DNA from: Rudaeicoccus suwonensis | GTDB lineage: Bacteria; Actinomycetota; Actinomycetes; Actinomycetales; Dermatophilaceae | Direction of reading: 5' to 3' | Assembly (NCBI RefSeq): GCF_007829035.1 | Contig: NZ_VIVQ01000004.1 | Span: 116,214-140,213 of the forward strand | DNA: 24,000 nucleotides | Shown: in pieces, positions 23,704 through 24,000 of the stretch | How the letters are laid out: every line of letters begins with the position of its first letter | Numbering within the stretch: the first letter of the stretch is position 1 | The notes under the pieces: generated by a model | Databases searched by the model: none | Seen by the model: only the letters and a program-made list of their open reading frames with translations | Told to the model about the DNA's origin: nothing | Translations under genes and position numbers: made by a program

Positions 23704-24000
23704 GTGGAATACACCGAACTCGCCGACTATTCGGTCTTCGCCGGTGACGTGACCCTGTGGTCCGCTTCAGCCGACACCGCGCTCGCCGCAGTCGACCAGC
23801 GTCCCGTCTCGCCGCAGCACGAGACCCACGTCACCGCTCGCAACGACGGCGATCCGGACTGGATCGGCACGGTCTTCGAGATCCGACTGCCCTTCGACGC
23901 AGATGTCCTGCGGGCGACGCTCGAGGCCTGGCACAGCCGGCACGAGTCCTTCCGCACAACTGTCCGGATCACTCCTAACGGCCTGCAACGACTGACCTTT
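23704..24000 (+). CDS. Hypothetical protein, N-terminal fragment; possibly a PapA-like/condensation-domain acyltransferase (3' end outside the window)
   Basis: GTG at 23704 with GGAGGG 9 nt upstream. The frame is open to the window end with high GC3. VEYTELADYS...RPVSPQHETHV...ATLEAWHSRHESFRTTV resembles, from memory, the N-terminal region of mycobacterial PapA proteins (..AHLRRHDTYRSWF..). This has not been verified. Confidence 0.5.
   Translation, partial: MEYTELADYSVFAGDVTLWSASADTALAAVDQRPVSPQHETHVTARNDGDPDWIGTVFEIRLPFDADVLRATLEAWHSRHESFRTTVRITPNGLQRLTF

Noticed and set aside
1-24000. Mobile elements, prophage or defence-island signatures, tRNA/rRNA genes
   Set aside because: No transposase, integrase, recombinase, terminal inverted repeats or tRNA-like cloverleaf sequences were recognised. 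Composition looks uniformly GC-rich apart from the short regulatory AT-rich islands listed above.

Overview
GC-rich window with strongly G/C-biased third codon positions, which looks like chromosomal Actinomycetota DNA. It is densely coded and has many 4-nt start/stop overlaps (ATGA/GTGA). All family calls below come from reading motifs by eye; no BLAST or HMM search was run.

Gene content, left to right:
- 3' end of pgm.
- Two tandem P-loop kinase-like genes.
- A long minus-strand run: MarR regulator, icmA (isobutyryl-CoA mutase large subunit), Cys-less thioredoxin-TPR protein, two esterases, an ATP-grasp ligase and a small membrane ORF.
- A roughly 540-bp intergenic region with two tandem-repeat families built on a recurring AGATG/CATCT half-site.
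- A complete fructose PTS operon (fruR-fruK-EIIA-EIIBC-ptsH-ptsI) with a terminator.
- DUF2127, GNAT and YkoF-like genes.
- From about 16.5 kb to the window end, a locus with two paralogous WS/DGAT-like acyltransferases, a GT2, a DrrAB-type ABC exporter, a GT1 and the start of a possible PapA/condensation-like acyltransferase.

The last locus is the best candidate for an uncharacterised system: synthesis and export of an acylated glycolipid. The phased palindrome/repeat array at 8.5-8.9 kb is the most unusual non-coding structure. No tRNA or rRNA genes, CRISPR arrays, transposases or integrases were seen.
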